Assembly: GCF_006345805.1 (NCBI RefSeq)
Contig: NC_042998.1
Span: forward strand, 89,094,001-89,158,000
Direction of reading: 5' to 3'
DNA: 64,000 nt
From: Octopus sinensis
Lineage: Eukaryota
The notes beneath the pieces are model-generated. The model did not search any database. It was not told the DNA's origin and saw only the letters and a program-made list of their open reading frames with translations. Position numbers and translations under genes: made by a program. The stretch's first letter is position 1. Each line of letters begins with the position of its first letter. Positions 62,280 to 64,000 of the stretch are shown piece after piece.

Positions 62280-62640
62280 ATTTTGTTCGCTTTGATGTAT
62301 CATGGCAATGTTAGATGGAAAGTTTAGTATCGATATTCTGGGATGTTTTAGATGTAATCGAATCAATGTCAGGAACTTTAAGAACCCAATTCGGTAAATC
62401 TAATTAAAATATGAGTTAAATATGTGTCCTTCACCCACAAAACATAATTGGCTAGAATAAGCGAGGTATTAAGTAAGATTTTAAAGATATATGGGGTCTT
62501 TTCTTTTCTGCAATCTTCAACTCTTCCGAACCCTCTGTAGATTTCGAATTGTGTTAGTAGGGTCTCCTATTTCTCCTTATATGTTAGACGCTGTGAAGGC
62601 ATTTTGGTTGCCATGGCCTTTTGGTCTCTCACAGAGCCGT
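62280..62640 (-). pseudogene. degraded GIY-YIG endonuclease C-terminus of a Penelope-like element
   Basis: Minus strand ..KCLHS..TY.GE.G.TLLT.FE resembles C..C..YIGETGR.L..R..EH after frameshift correction; lies upstream of the 62025 hammerhead in the same orientation. Confidence 0.4.
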
Positions 62641-63349
62641 GCAGTCAATTATACGGGAAGAATTAGTATATAATATTATTTTAATTCTTTCTAGAGGGTA
62701 AGAACTTGATCTTATATATCACAGAAGAAAACAGATAGACATGATTCAATACATTGTGTACATACATTACTTGTTTATACTTGTCCGCTTCTAGACTTGA
62801 ACGTAATTTCTGACTCACAGACATACATGCGCATATAACGCACGTTCACACACACGCGTGTGTGTGTATGTGTGTGTCTATACACATACATACATATACA
62901 TATCCGGCACACACACACACATACACACACGCATTTACGTATATGTAACTAGATGACCTGGCTAAAAAAATCCGTTTCGAGATTTTTCATTAAAAAAAAA
63001 TGTTAATTTAGATAAGAATATCGGAAGATCGTATCATATTCTTACAGCAGTGACATTGGAAGCCAAAGTATAAGTTATCAGTTAACCTTTAAACAAAACA
63101 ATCGCGTAGATACATCATGTTACTGTCTGCGTTTTTTTATATTTTTTTGTATAGGCGGGTTGCAGGACTTGCAAAGAAATAGTTTTCGTCTACAACCAAT
63201 AAACATTAGCACTGCTGGTAGTCTTTCTGTAACAGACTGACTGAAAATGTTTGATTGTTGACGTCCCCTTTTTTATACTATTTTATTTTCATCTCTCTTA
63301 GTTTCTGCCATTTAATTCATTATACATGTGTGTGTGTGTGTGTGTGTGT

Positions 63350-63549
63350 ATGACAGGTTTCTTTCACTTTCTATGTTCCTATCTACCAAATCCACTCACA
63401 AGGCTTTGGTCGGCCCGAGACTATAGTAGAAGACACTTGCCCGAGGTGCCACACAGTGGGACTGAACCCGGAACCATGTGGTTGGTAAGCAAGCTATTTA
63501 CCTTACAGCCACTCCTGCTCCTATATATATATATATATATATATATCTT

Positions 63550-63583
<34 letters not shown>

Positions 63584-64000
63584 CGGACACATGGTGGTGT
63601 GGCCTGCAGACGCAGTCGTGGCTGTGTGCATCAGCGCAGGCGAGGCAGTATGCATAGGCTCCTGTGTAACTGTGTGCATAGGCTTCCCAACCATACGGTC
63701 TTGGGTTCAGTCTCACTGGTGGCACCATGGGCAAGTGTTTTCTACTATAGCCTAGGCCGATCAAAGCGTTGTGAGTGGATTTGGTAGACGGAAACTGCAA
63801 GAAACTTGTCATATATATGTATTCCTATATGCGTTTGTGTCTTTGTGTTTGTCCCCAACCATCACCGTTTGATAACCAATGTTGATTCGTTTACATCCCT
63901 GTATATGAGCAGTTCGGCGAAAGAGAACGATCGAATAGTATCAAGCTGAAGAAAAACAAGTACTTGGAGCTTTTTCTTCGACTACAACCTCCAAGGCGGT
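63350..64000. mobile_element. two SINE family A copies (63350-63521 -, ~63615-64000 +)
   Basis: Head and CORE-like segments in divergent orientation around (TA)n(GA)n. Confidence 0.8.

Overview
AT-rich, microsatellite-saturated eukaryotic DNA. The three recurrent tRNA-derived SINE families, mariner/hAT/Helitron/RTE/R4-like relics and (TA)n/(CA)n/(TATG)n arrays look like intronic or intergenic octopus (cephalopod) DNA. That taxon call is an inference from repeat content only. No intact host protein-coding gene can be supported: nearly all listed ORFs are microsatellite translations, and the rest are broken transposon ORFs. The most notable non-obvious signal is a set of minimal type-I hammerhead-ribozyme motifs from at least five unrelated small repeat families (5580, 8317, 22189/22307, 22915, 55399, 62025, plus decayed copies). 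Most have a palindromic or near-palindromic stem III, non-canonical core/stem-II junctions, and two sit in head-to-head inverted repeats typical of Penelope-like element termini. Also notable: (i) a ~450-bp foldback element whose two arms each carry an outward-facing tRNA-like cloverleaf (28652-29098); (ii) an ORF1-only (CCHC knuckle) LINE derivative whose 3' end resembles one of the SINE tails; (iii) a mariner made of two 5' ends; (iv) R4/Dong-like LINE pieces stacked in (TAA)n; (v) a 5'-half tRNA-Met copy. All alignments and folds were done by eye; boundaries of degraded repeats are approximate.
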